Shown here: piece by piece, positions 8,542 through 17,812 of the stretch | Layout of the letters: each line of letters starts with the position of its first letter | How positions within the stretch are numbered: the first letter of the stretch is position 1 | Position numbers and translations under genes: made by a program | The notes under the pieces: model-generated | What the model saw: only the letters and a program-made list of their open reading frames with translations | Databases searched by the model: none | Told to the model about the DNA's origin: nothing | Assembly (NCBI GenBank): GCA_041661305.1 | Contig: JBAZUR010000002.1 | Span: 10,621 to 74,620 of the forward strand | Direction of reading: 5' to 3' | Origin: Minisyncoccota bacterium | Lineage (GTDB): Bacteria; Patescibacteriota; Minisyncoccia; Phycocordibacterales; VMEP01 | DNA length: 64,000 bases

Positions 8542-10962
8542 TTACTTACCCTCTGTTTTTTTATTATCTTCTCTTGCTTTCATCCTTTCAAGACTTTCTA
8601 CAAATCTTTGGAGATTTCTTGCGTTATTTTTTGCTGTTTCTCTTTCAAATAGTAGTTTTGCGCGATCATTCTTATCTCCACGGTCGCCGAGTTCGTCGAG
8701 TTTCATTTGTATATTTATTGACTCTTTTGTAAATGAATCAATGGCTTCTTTCACAGATTGGTTGCTCCCCATCAAACTTTTTATCGTTCCTTCAAGTTTA
8801 GATATTTCTTGGTCAGATTTATATTTTGAGCCGATTTCTTTCTCTGCTTTTTTGGTTGCCCCGGCATTACCAAATTTTATTGCCTGTGGAATAATCTCCC
8901 CACCTTCAATATAGTTTTTATTTTTTAGTTGTTCAAAATATGATTTTTGGCGTTCTTGTGTTACCACCCTATTCTTTGCCTCTTCCGACGATTTAATTTC
9001 ACCCTCAATAATTGAAGACTTGTCGGTTTGCTTAAATTTCTCCAGCCTTAGAGCAAGTTGCTCCTTATCGTTTTTGCCGGCTTTTTCTGCGTCAGTTAAT
9101 TTAACATTATCGAGAATCTTTTTATCTGCAGCTTTTTTAGCCACCGCCTTTTCTTCCTCAGTTAACTTAACTGTTTTGGCTTCTAGTAGCTTTGCGATAT
9201 CAGCACGTTCTTTACCGCGTTCTTTTTCGGCACGGTCAAGGTCTCCGCGGAAACCATCCGTAAGATCTTTTGGTTTTTGTCCTAGGTCAACCTTGGCGCC
9301 AGTTGCCCCAGCAAGTTTAGAACCCAATCCTCCAATAAGTGGTGTTTCACCGGCGGCGCGAACATCAAAACTAGACTTAGCTACTCCTACGGTACTTTGT
9401 AGAGCTAGGCGAGCAAATCTATTATTTGAAGCCGCAGACTTAGCCCATTCTTGGTTGGCGACCCAAGAGGCCCCTGCTCCAACTGTTCGCCTAGCTATCA
9501 AACCGCCAGCTCCGCCAGCAAGTGCTCCTGCCCCGACAGACAGCATCCCAGAAATTTTTGATCCCGCTGATCCGCTTAGCTCTCGTGTGGTTTTAACTGC
9601 TGCGAGCAAAAGTCCTATCGCAATCAAAAAACTAAAGATTACACCAACGGTATTTACGTCTGGGGAAGTAAGCGCACTCGCCATGTTTGAACCAGATACA
9701 TTTTCTGTATATGTCGTAACAGTAGAACTTACACCTCCGCTTGCGGTTAACGCAGCGGCTAGATTTGTATTTTCTGTGTAGGTTGCAACGGTAGATTTCA
9801 TGCTTCCCGTGGTAGCTACAGAGGAAGCGCTATTTAATCCGTTATTTCCACCACCAAGAATTATTAGAATCATCCACATAAACATAAGGAAAACTGGAGC
9901 CACAAGAACTTGCTCCCAGAGTTGATCCCACCACATCTTGGAGTACTTGGCTGTTTTTGGGATAAGACCAGCTACGTAGGCAAATGGTGAAAGAGGAAGA
10001 AGAAGGATGAGGATTATTGCGCGCGACAAAAAGATAAACGCAACTGAAAGAAAAGAAAAAGCAGTAATAAGAATAAAAATCACACCCATTAACGAGATAG
10101 TTAATATTTGGAAAAAATCAACAGAGTTGGAGGCAAAAACCGATTGTATTTTTGTTAGTTGGAAAAACTTATCAGATATTCCCCCAGCGGAAAAGTTTCC
10201 AGTTTGAGAGGGGTCTATAATTCCTGAATAAAATTGAAAAGCTACAATGTTTGAGGTATCAATAATGACTTTAGTAAAAAAGAGGCTGAAGTTTATTAAA
10301 AGAGCGGCGATTATAATGCTTGGAATTAATTTTTTACCATCACCTATTTGAAGAATGTTTTGTATTGAAATCCAAAGGAGAGCAAAAATAAAAATAATAT
10401 TCGACATATCGCGAATAGTTCCCCAAGCAAGATTAATCCCAGGAGTTTTCTGTATAAATTCAGCCATGTTTAGGTTGAATTTAATTGATTGATTAAGTAA
10501 TACGCTGGCAAGGTCAAGAAACCAACTACTGAGCCATAGGGCGCTGTTTCCAAACCATACAGTTGTACATCTCATAGCGTTCCCTGTAGCTAAAGCGCTC
10601 CAAGTACCACAATCAAGTTTTACGTTTTCATTAGCAGTTCCGTCAAAAGCCGAGGCGGGTAAAGCTTTTGAAGTTTCTACTTGAATACAATTTAAGTATG
10701 CACCTGAATTCCCGTCTTTAAGATAAGCACAAGCTTGTTCTGGGTTTGCCGAAGAGCTTAGTGCGTCTGTTTGATTATCTCTGTTTTGAATATCTTCCTG
10801 GAGAATACAAGGTCCCCCATTTGGGTCTTCTACATAAGGAGCTTCACAGCTTTGCGCTTCCGCAACATTATTTCCAAGCAATGGTGGTAAAACAAAAAAC
10901 AAAAAAGCAAAAAATAATATTGCTGAGGAGTAGAATATTTTTTTTGAAAAAAAAGATTTCAT
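8542..10962 (-). CDS. VirB6/TrbL-like polytopic membrane protein with a long charged C-terminal tail (TcpH-like architecture)
   Basis: Signal peptide and a Cys-containing exo-domain, then at least 6 TM helices and a Gly-rich region. The C-terminal tail of ~300 aa is Lys/Glu-rich and coiled-coil. At 806 aa it matches the size of Gram-positive VirB6 analogues. Confidence 0.45.
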   Translation of the reverse strand: MKSFFSKKIFYSSAILFFAFLFFVLPPLLGNNVAEAQSCEAPYVEDPNGGPCILQEDIQNRDNQTDALSSSANPEQACAYLKDGNSGAYLNCIQVETSKALPASAFDGTANENVKLDCGTWSALATGNAMRCTTVWFGNSALWLSSWFLDLASVLLNQSIKFNLNMAEFIQKTPGINLAWGTIRDMSNIIFIFALLWISIQNILQIGDGKKLIPSIIIAALLINFSLFFTKVIIDTSNIVAFQFYSGIIDPSQTGNFSAGGISDKFFQLTKIQSVFASNSVDFFQILTISLMGVIFILITAFSFLSVAFIFLSRAIILILLLPLSPFAYVAGLIPKTAKYSKMWWDQLWEQVLVAPVFLMFMWMILIILGGGNNGLNSASSVATTGSMKSTVATYTENTNLAAALTASGGVSSTVTTYTENVSGSNMASALTSPDVNTVGVIFSFLIAIGLLLAAVKTTRELSGSAGSKISGMLSVGAGALAGGAGGLIARRTVGAGASWVANQEWAKSAASNNRFARLALQSTVGVAKSSFDVRAAGETPLIGGLGSKLAGATGAKVDLGQKPKDLTDGFRGDLDRAEKERGKERADIAKLLEAKTVKLTEEEKAVAKKAADKKILDNVKLTDAEKAGKNDKEQLALRLEKFKQTDKSSIIEGEIKSSEEAKNRVVTQERQKSYFEQLKNKNYIEGGEIIPQAIKFGNAGATKKAEKEIGSKYKSDQEISKLEGTIKSLMGSNQSVKEAIDSFTKESINIQMKLDELGDRGDKNDRAKLLFERETAKNNARNLQRFVESLERMKAREDNKKTEGK

Positions 10963-10965
10963 TTT

Positions 10966-13206
10966 TTAATAGTATGTGTTTTGGTTTCTTCCTTCTCTCT
11001 CTAATCTTTCTTTTTCTAAAATTGCCTGGTGCTCTGTCTGACAATTACTAAAAGCACTCGAGGCGGTATCTCTAATTGCTCTTATTTCAGAAAACTGCGA
11101 TGCCGCGGTTTCGGCCATATCAGGAGTTGGAACTCCATCTGAGCCGGAAATTGCCACGAGTGAATATGAAGCTGTCTGGAAATCAGTTCTTCCAGAAGTG
11201 ATAGCTTCCTTTAGTGCTGCGAAAGGAATTATTTTTAAAGAGATGGCACCAATCTCTCTTTCTAGTTTGCTTATTAAATCATTGTAGTATGTTTGTTGAG
11301 CAAAAAGTGAAGGTGAACTCAATTGACTATCCAAAGTGCTTGGGCAATAAGTTGCTGGGCTAAAGGATATTAAGGCGCTAGTAGTTGAAGCAGCTTCATG
11401 CACAACATTTAGTGTTTCATTACGTATACCAAGGTATCCCGCAAAAGCATTAGTTGTGTTATCTATACTAGCGACAATGTCGTTGATTGAATTAATTTCT
11501 TGGGTTCGACTCGCTTGGTTATTGGCAAGATTATCGTCAGTGTAGGAAAAGAAAGAACTTTCGGCTAAAGACTGTGCTAACGCGCGGTCTTGTGGAGAAA
11601 CATCTTCGTTTGAGTTTGCGTCTATGTTTGAAACGTTTCTCGATGGAGCGGTTGCTGCGGCGCGAAGCCTCTCCTCTATTGTTGAGGCTGGTGTTGTTAT
11701 TTTGGTCTTACGACAAGCACCAGGGACGACATCAGCACCTGTATCCAAACACTCCTTTATTGGGGGGACTCCGTCTTTTGCCTCTATCTTTGCGGCTTCC
11801 TCGGCTTCTGAGAGAGAAGAACCCAAATCTTCGCTTACTCGTAGGTAGTTTGCTGCAACGTTATTTTGAGAAGCCAAAACAAAACATTTAATAGAAGAAC
11901 AAACCGAGGTGTCACCATTTCGGTATCTTGTGGCATTTGTTGCGCCAATAGCTTTTGCCAGCGGATCTTCGTATTTCGCTATTCTGCCTGCAGCTGTTTC
12001 TGATTGTTGTGAAGCGATAACTGCTTTTATGTTTTCTTCTCTATAAGGAGAATTAGTTTTAGATAAATCAGAGACAAAAATCCTTGTTTGGTTTTGTGCT
12101 TGTTTTGCAAGGTAGTCATTAAAGTTTGTTAGATACAAAGGGTTGCCATTATTCCCAGTGTTTAACCACTTCATTTCATTTTCTTGCATTTTGGCGATCG
12201 TAATACGTGAGCTTGTGTAAGCTATTCTGTCTAAACAAGTCTGTTTTGTTTTAAGAGTAGATGTATCTTGTTGCAAAGTGTTTATTTGTTTAACGATTGT
12301 TTGTGGGTCTGTTGGCACTGTTCCACCCCCGCCGAGCAAAGAAAGAACACTCCCTACTCCAGGAAGAGCAGACCCAGCTCCACCGAACACGCTCCCCAGC
12401 TCTCCCGCAGTGTATCCTGCAGACATTCCACCCAAAGTATTTCCAAGGCTAACAAGAGAGCCAGAGCCAATTTCTGCTCCAAGATTAACAAGCATGCTTC
12501 CAGTATTATTTACTACCCCAGATAGTAGGTCGCTAGATAAAACACTAGTTACTATTTTGTCAGCACCACCGACAACATTTTGAATTGCTCCGTTAATACC
12601 ACTATTAACACCTCCAATTTGACCGTTTATATTATTCAGTGCTTCGTTAATAACACCGTTTGCTTTATTTTCTAGTGCGGTACCAACTTGGCCAGCTATT
12701 TTTCCTGCCGTGTTTCCAATGACACCACCGCCCAAAGCTTCATTAACAGACCCAGAAGCTTTTGCTCCAAGGCCGTTTATCCCTGCACTACTTAAAAGTT
12801 GCTGTCCAAGAGAGGAAAGAGTACTACTTACAGCTCCTCCGACAGCGCTACACCCTGAATCGGCAAGGTTTTTGGCAAGAGCTTCATTTGCTGTGTTTAA
12901 GGAAGCCGTTTTTATTCCCGTGGATAGCGTAACGCAACTGTTTGATTCATCGTAAATACCAGATGGACACGATTGAGCCGAAGAGGCCTCTGTTGAAGGG
13001 ACATAAGCTCCGGTTGCAGGGTTGTAGTATGAATCTGTGTAATCCGAAGTTCGAACATTTTCGCCTGTTGCTGGATTATAATATTCGTTTGTTTGCGCTC
13101 TAGTTATGTTTGTAGTTGAAAAGAAAGAAGAAACAACAAACAAATAAATAAGAAATATTGAAATTGTTTTTTTAACCATATTCCTTTTAGCAGAAAATAG
13201 AACCAT
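10966..13206 (-). CDS. Large secreted/surface protein with YYNPATG repeats and a long Gly/Ser/Ala/Asn-rich low-complexity region
   Basis: N-terminal TM/signal segment. The motif Y(Y)NPATG(E/A)(N/Y)V occurs three times. About 250 aa are of GxxG/SxxG type. The C-terminal domain is globular. Confidence 0.35.
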   Translation of the reverse strand: MVLFSAKRNMVKKTISIFLIYLFVVSSFFSTTNITRAQTNEYYNPATGENVRTSDYTDSYYNPATGAYVPSTEASSAQSCPSGIYDESNSCVTLSTGIKTASLNTANEALAKNLADSGCSAVGGAVSSTLSSLGQQLLSSAGINGLGAKASGSVNEALGGGVIGNTAGKIAGQVGTALENKANGVINEALNNINGQIGGVNSGINGAIQNVVGGADKIVTSVLSSDLLSGVVNNTGSMLVNLGAEIGSGSLVSLGNTLGGMSAGYTAGELGSVFGGAGSALPGVGSVLSLLGGGGTVPTDPQTIVKQINTLQQDTSTLKTKQTCLDRIAYTSSRITIAKMQENEMKWLNTGNNGNPLYLTNFNDYLAKQAQNQTRIFVSDLSKTNSPYREENIKAVIASQQSETAAGRIAKYEDPLAKAIGATNATRYRNGDTSVCSSIKCFVLASQNNVAANYLRVSEDLGSSLSEAEEAAKIEAKDGVPPIKECLDTGADVVPGACRKTKITTPASTIEERLRAAATAPSRNVSNIDANSNEDVSPQDRALAQSLAESSFFSYTDDNLANNQASRTQEINSINDIVASIDNTTNAFAGYLGIRNETLNVVHEAASTTSALISFSPATYCPSTLDSQLSSPSLFAQQTYYNDLISKLEREIGAISLKIIPFAALKEAITSGRTDFQTASYSLVAISGSDGVPTPDMAETAASQFSEIRAIRDTASSAFSNCQTEHQAILEKERLEREGRNQNTYY

Positions 13207-13211
13207 AGTTT

Positions 13212-14156
13212 TTACGGCTGTGTATTATTAAGTATAACACCACTTTTAAAATATATCTCTAGTGTTTTAGCGGTTTCTACCAATTTATTGCTATAGGAAA
13301 GATATTGATTAAGACCGTTCATCGAAAGAAGAGGGTCGGAAAAAATTTGCCCGACAATTTTCAGAGAATCAGCCGTTCCTCGGTAGTTATTTATCAGATC
13401 AAGGTGAAGCTCTGCTATTTTTTCTGGAACCGCGATTTCCACGGTGTCCTTGGCTATGTTTGTGTAGGCGTTTATGTAAGGAACTAGTTTTGTTTGCAAT
13501 GTTTGGTCGCTAGTTTCAAGAGAGGTAGAGATTACTGTGATTTCTTGTCCTAGGTTATATTTCGAATATTTTTGGATTACCGTTCCAAGATTTTTGCTGT
13601 AAGCTAAAATTTCTGCATCACTGGCGTTTTTTATAACAGTGAGGTCGTTTATTGTGTATAGGGGGCGTATCTCCTCTTGTTTTATGTTGGAATATATAAT
13701 TTTTGCGGTTTCTCGTACTGTTTCTGGGTCAAATTTTCCAGCGTTTTTAAGAGCTGAAGCTGCCACAAAAAACTGCTGACCGAACTGATCTGTCGCAGAG
13801 GTTGTAATCTCTCCACTCGTGGTATTTTTAGCCACATTTTGTTTATGAACTTCAGTTCCGTCTAATATTCCGTTGTTATTTGAGTCTTTATTGTTCGGAT
13901 CTGTACCATAAAGTGCTTCCTCCCAGTCTTTTAGTCCATCCTTATCACTGTCTTTGTTTATTAAATCTGCGACGGAGTCGTTTACCCCACCATTAATAAC
14001 CAAAACACCTTGTTCTTCTTGTTTTGTTTCTGTAATTAGTGGATTAGAAACTCCTTTGTTGGAAAAAACAGATAAACTTATAATTGTTAACCCTAAAATA
14101 GATGCGGCAACTAATTTTTTGTTCTTAAGAAAGTTTCGCACGGATTGAGAATTCAT
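13212..14156 (-). CDS. Secreted protein with thrombospondin type-3-like Ca-binding repeats; first gene of the minus-strand cluster
   Basis: Signal/TM segment. DSDKDGLKDWEEALYGTDPNNKDSNNNGILDGTE fits the D-x-D-x-D-G-x-x-D pattern. Confidence 0.4.
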   Translation of the reverse strand: MNSQSVRNFLKNKKLVAASILGLTIISLSVFSNKGVSNPLITETKQEEQGVLVINGGVNDSVADLINKDSDKDGLKDWEEALYGTDPNNKDSNNNGILDGTEVHKQNVAKNTTSGEITTSATDQFGQQFFVAASALKNAGKFDPETVRETAKIIYSNIKQEEIRPLYTINDLTVIKNASDAEILAYSKNLGTVIQKYSKYNLGQEITVISTSLETSDQTLQTKLVPYINAYTNIAKDTVEIAVPEKIAELHLDLINNYRGTADSLKIVGQIFSDPLLSMNGLNQYLSYSNKLVETAKTLEIYFKSGVILNNTQP

Positions 14157-14230
14157 AGATTGTTTAAGTATAGCAAGGAAATCGTTGTTTTTCTGTGGAT
14201 TCTTTGGTTTGTGTGGATATTCTTTTTTAA

Positions 14231-14316
14231 AATACTTTTGAAAAACACGTATAATTTTTTGCTAAAAATTTACTATGCTCGGCTCGTCAGCCTGCGCAAT
14301 GTTTTTCGAAAGTATT
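14231..14316 (-). promoter_or_regulatory. Copy B of the conserved ~90-nt IR-bracketed element, upstream of the gene at 13212-14156
   Basis: Core is CATTGCG-17nt-GAGCATAGTAAATTTTTAGCAAAAAATTATACGTG. It is flanked by AATACTTTTGAAAAACAC and GTTTTTCGAAAGTATT, a 16/17 inverted repeat. Confidence 0.5.
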
Positions 14317-14344
14317 TTGTTTTACTTTGTTATATAATAGTTGT

Positions 14345-14683
14345 ATGAGAAAAATGTTTCTTTTTCTGTTTCTAGGACTAATGTCGTTTTTGATTGCCTC
14401 ACCTTTATCTGTTAACGCCGCCTCAGTCTTTGGTGGAAGAATAATGAGTGTGATTCCTTGCACCTGCTCTCCTGGAATGGCAGTAATAGTCGGTCCTCCA
14501 CGCCCAGCAATCCTTCTTTATATTCCGGGAGCTTCTCGTTTATTTAGGTACGGAAGAATAATGCCCGGAGTGTGGTCATTAGGAGATTATTCTTCTGGCG
14601 GTACTTGTATGCAGATTGCTGGAAAAACTTGCGCCCCATACCCTCCAATACAAGGAACAATACTCAAAATAGGAACGTCATAA
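14345..14683 (+). CDS. Small secreted Cys-containing hypothetical protein
   Basis: An ATG lies inside the listed 14327 ORF and starts MRKMFLFLFLGLMSFLIASPLSVNAAS, a signal peptide. A TTGTTATATAAT -10-like box lies just upstream. Confidence 0.35.
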   Translation: MRKMFLFLFLGLMSFLIASPLSVNAASVFGGRIMSVIPCTCSPGMAVIVGPPRPAILLYIPGASRLFRYGRIMPGVWSLGDYSSGGTCMQIAGKTCAPYPPIQGTILKIGTS

Positions 14684-14692
14684 TCATAAGGA

Positions 14693-15475
14693 TTACAAAT
14701 GTTTTGTGATTTCTAGGAATTTTTTTGCGGAAACATCTTCTGCTCGCGTGTTTTCATTTAAGCCAAGCTCTGCGAAAGTTTTTAAGACAGCATCCTTTTT
14801 TGCAACCAAAGAGAGGTTGCTTGAAAGCTTTTTTCGTTTACTGCTAAATCCTGCTTTTAGTAATTCAAAAAATCTTTTCTCGTCAATTTTATTTTTAAAA
14901 GGTGATTTTATATTTTCAACAGTAAGGACAGCCGAATCAACATTTGGTTTTGGAAAAAAACTTCCAGCAGAAACACGACGCGTTATTTTTGGAATACCGT
15001 ACACTTTTACCGAAATAGACAAAACACTTTCTTTTTCGTCGCGAGCAATCACTCTTTCCGCAACTTCTTTCTGTACCATAAAAACCATTGTTTTTGGACG
15101 AGGGCCGGTTTCTAGAAAAAGACGAAAAAGTAAACCGGTTACGTTGTAAGGAATATTTGCTATCAATTTATAAGACTCTTCTTTTATTTTGTAATCATTA
15201 AAATCAAAATCAAGAATATCTCCTTGAACTAAGATTAATTTCTTATTAGAAATTTCCTTCGCGAATTTTTCCGTAAGAAAAGAAAATAGTTCACGGTCTT
15301 TTTCCACGGCGATTACTTGTTTTGAATATTTAAGTAAAAACTCTGTTAATATCCCCTTTCCTGGACCAACCTCAAGCACAATATCTTTTTTTGAAATATT
15401 TCCAGCTAAGGCAATATCCTCAGCAATCTTTTTGTTGGTTAGAAAATTTTGCCCTAGTGATTTTTTTGGTTTCAT
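14693..15475 (-). CDS. rsmA: 16S rRNA (adenine1518/1519-N6)-dimethyltransferase
   Basis: The N-terminus KSLGQNFL and the SAM-binding motif VLEVGPGKGILT identify the KsgA/RsmA family. Confidence 0.9.
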   Translation of the reverse strand: MKPKKSLGQNFLTNKKIAEDIALAGNISKKDIVLEVGPGKGILTEFLLKYSKQVIAVEKDRELFSFLTEKFAKEISNKKLILVQGDILDFDFNDYKIKEESYKLIANIPYNVTGLLFRLFLETGPRPKTMVFMVQKEVAERVIARDEKESVLSISVKVYGIPKITRRVSAGSFFPKPNVDSAVLTVENIKSPFKNKIDEKRFFELLKAGFSSKRKKLSSNLSLVAKKDAVLKTFAELGLNENTRAEDVSAKKFLEITKHL

Positions 15476-15476
15476 T

Positions 15477-17420
15477 TTAGTCTAGATATATTACCTTACC
15501 CAAAGATTCACTTCTCTCTGTCTGCTCAAGAAGCATTGGGTCAATGTCGTAAATAAATTCTGAAGGAGTCTCAACTTGGCGCGAGCCAAATATTGTTCGC
15601 ACCGTAGCAAAAGTTAAGAATACTTTTTTTCGAGCACGAGTAAGGGCAACGTAAAACAAACGACGTTCTTCCTCGGAGTCTTCTTCTGTGGTTGTTGGAA
15701 GATTAACCCTTGCGTGAGGAAAAAGATCTTGTTCAAGCCCAACAATAAAAACATAATCAAACTCAAGTCCTTTTGAAGCATGGGCAGTCATTAGACGAAC
15801 TCCATCTTTATTCTTCTTTTGGTCCATGGAATCTTGGTCGCTTGCAAGCGCTGCGTCAGAAAGTAATTTTTCAACTCCTTCGTCCGCTTCGAAAATATCA
15901 TATTTTGTTGCGAGTGATGCGAGTTCCATCATGTTCTCTAGTCGCTCTAAATCATCTTCCCCACCCTCTTTAAAAAATTTTTCCAACCCCGTTTCTTTTA
16001 TTACAAAACGAACAAGGTCCGAAGTCTTCATTGTTTCCGATGAATTTTTTATTTTTTCAAGAAGAGCCCAAAAAATTGAAATTCGTTCTTTCATTTTCGG
16101 AGGAAGAGAACCTTCTTTACCAGAAAAAATTTTAGCGATAGTTGCGTCCCCAACTCCTCTTGGTGGAACGTTAATAACTCTTTTTATATCTGAGAGTCCA
16201 GATGGGTTTCTTGCTGCGCGAATATAGGCTAAGACATCCTTAACCTCTTTTCGTTCAAAGAACTTCACTCCAAGCACACGGTGTGGAACATTAAGAGAAA
16301 GAAAACCTTCTTCAAGTGCGCGCGACTGATAGTTTGCGCGATATAAAACAGCAATTTCGTTTGAAGGAACCCCCTCCGCAATTAGTTCTAAAGATTTTTG
16401 AGCGATGAAGCGTGCTTCATCTGCCTCGTCATAAGCTTCAAAAACTGCAATTTTTTCACCCTCAACGTTTTTTGTAAAAAGATTTTTTTCTTTGCGAATT
16501 TTATTTTTTTTAATAATATCGTTTGCTGCTTGGAGGATGTTTTGAGTTGAGCGATAGTTCTCCTCAAGAAGAACAACCATTGCTCCTGGGTAGTCTTGTT
16601 CAAAATTTAAAATATTTCGTAGATTTGCTCCACGCCAACCATAAATATTTTGATCACTGTCACCAACAACGCAAATATTTTTTTCTTTCTTGGCTAGAAG
16701 ACGTGATAATTCGTATTGCGCAGTGTTTGTATCTTGATACTCATCGATGTGAATATATTTCCAAGTATTATGATATTTTTTCAAAACCTCTTCGTTGTCG
16801 CGTAAAAGAACAGCTGTGCGAGTAACGAGATCGTCAAAGTCAAAAGCATTTTCTTCTTTCAATAAGGTTTCGTATTTTTTCCAAACAGAAGAAAGTACTT
16901 TTGGAAAATAACCCTCAGCTGTTTCTGAATATTCTTCGGAAGAAATAACATTTCCTTTGTGGCGGGATATTGCCCAGCGTAGTCGTGCAGGGTCAAATTG
17001 CTTTGGATCTAAGTCTAGACTTTTAATTGCATTTTTAACTAACGAGACGGTTTCCTGTTCGTCCAAGATTGAAAAGCGGGCAGTTCTTTCTACGAGTGTA
17101 GCGTTTTCTCTTAAAATTTTTACCCCTAAAGAATGGAAGGTTGAGACAAGGGGGCCGTCTTTTAATCCAAAATCGGCAACCGAACGGCGTGTTTGGAGTA
17201 GCACAGAAACACGGTGCCCCATTTCCGCCGCGGCCTTATTTGTAAAAGTAATGGCTAAAATAGAGCTGGGAGTAACCCCTTTTTCTACTAAGTGAAGTAT
17301 TCTATGGGTTATGGTTTTTGTTTTTCCTGCTCCGGCACCGGCAATAATCAAAAGAGGGCCCTCCGTTTGAACAACAGCCTCTTGTTGTTGTTGGTTTAGC
17401 TCGTTTTTTAAGTCAGACAT
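15477..17420 (-). CDS. pcrA: UvrD/PcrA-family ATP-dependent DNA helicase
   Basis: N-terminal LNQQQQEAV...GPLLIIAGAGAGKTKTITHRI (Walker A) and UvrD-type helicase motifs along its 647 aa. Confidence 0.9.
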   Translation of the reverse strand: MSDLKNELNQQQQEAVVQTEGPLLIIAGAGAGKTKTITHRILHLVEKGVTPSSILAITFTNKAAAEMGHRVSVLLQTRRSVADFGLKDGPLVSTFHSLGVKILRENATLVERTARFSILDEQETVSLVKNAIKSLDLDPKQFDPARLRWAISRHKGNVISSEEYSETAEGYFPKVLSSVWKKYETLLKEENAFDFDDLVTRTAVLLRDNEEVLKKYHNTWKYIHIDEYQDTNTAQYELSRLLAKKEKNICVVGDSDQNIYGWRGANLRNILNFEQDYPGAMVVLLEENYRSTQNILQAANDIIKKNKIRKEKNLFTKNVEGEKIAVFEAYDEADEARFIAQKSLELIAEGVPSNEIAVLYRANYQSRALEEGFLSLNVPHRVLGVKFFERKEVKDVLAYIRAARNPSGLSDIKRVINVPPRGVGDATIAKIFSGKEGSLPPKMKERISIFWALLEKIKNSSETMKTSDLVRFVIKETGLEKFFKEGGEDDLERLENMMELASLATKYDIFEADEGVEKLLSDAALASDQDSMDQKKNKDGVRLMTAHASKGLEFDYVFIVGLEQDLFPHARVNLPTTTEEDSEEERRLFYVALTRARKKVFLTFATVRTIFGSRQVETPSEFIYDIDPMLLEQTERSESLGKVIYLD

Positions 17421-17569
17421 TGATGGAACTATAACACTTCAATCCTTATTACAGAAAAATAGAGAACTTTTTGTTTTTAAATAAAAAATATTACCAAGGT
17501 CATTCATTTTTTGATTACCCCCGAGCTATCCCCAGGTCGATTGACTTCCATCCACTATAGGGATACCAT

Positions 17570-17792
17570 TTTAGATGAGGACGGGAATACCTCGTCTAAA
17601 ACAGAAAAATGGCTCTGCTAGGCCATTTTTAGCCCTTTTAGGGCTTTAAGATAGCAAAATTGCTTGTTTTTCAACGGTTTTTGCCCACACGGGTCATACA
17701 TGAAACAAGTAGTTTTTAAAATAGGCTTATTAAACATCTAGAAAAAGACCTTGGTTGTGCTAACCAAGCGAAAAAACCCTTATTTTTAGGGC
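17570..17792 (+). ncRNA. Candidate structured RNA or leader in the divergent pcrA / LysM-peptidase intergenic region; strand undetermined
   Basis: A 390-nt non-coding gap holds several stable hairpins: an 11-bp stem at 17570-17600, a 9-bp stem at 17605-17630, 17631-17645 and 17750-17769. No gene ends here, so these are not ordinary terminators. Confidence 0.25.
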
Positions 17793-17812
17793 TTCTGTCA
17801 AAGAGGCTTCTG

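Noticed and set aside
9020-9781. A 253-aa plus-strand ORF (Ser/Ala/Pro-rich) antisense to the VirB6-like gene, plus similar antisense ORFs at 11574-11891, 12278-12583, 36218-36847, 33701-34213 and 62802-63299
   Set aside because: These are low-complexity translations of the opposite strand of genuine, well-supported genes. They have no ribosome-binding site and no independent signal, so they are treated as frame shadows.
17421-17812. Tried to read the structured 390-nt spacer as RNase P RNA, tmRNA, SRP RNA or 6S RNA
   Set aside because: None of the hallmark motifs is present on either strand. These include the P4 GGAAAGUCCGG and ACAGAACCCGGCUUA of RNase P, the 5'-GGGG...UUCGAC and 3' T-arm-CCACCA of tmRNA, and the SRP domain-IV GGAAGCAGCC. 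It is kept only as an unclassified structured region.
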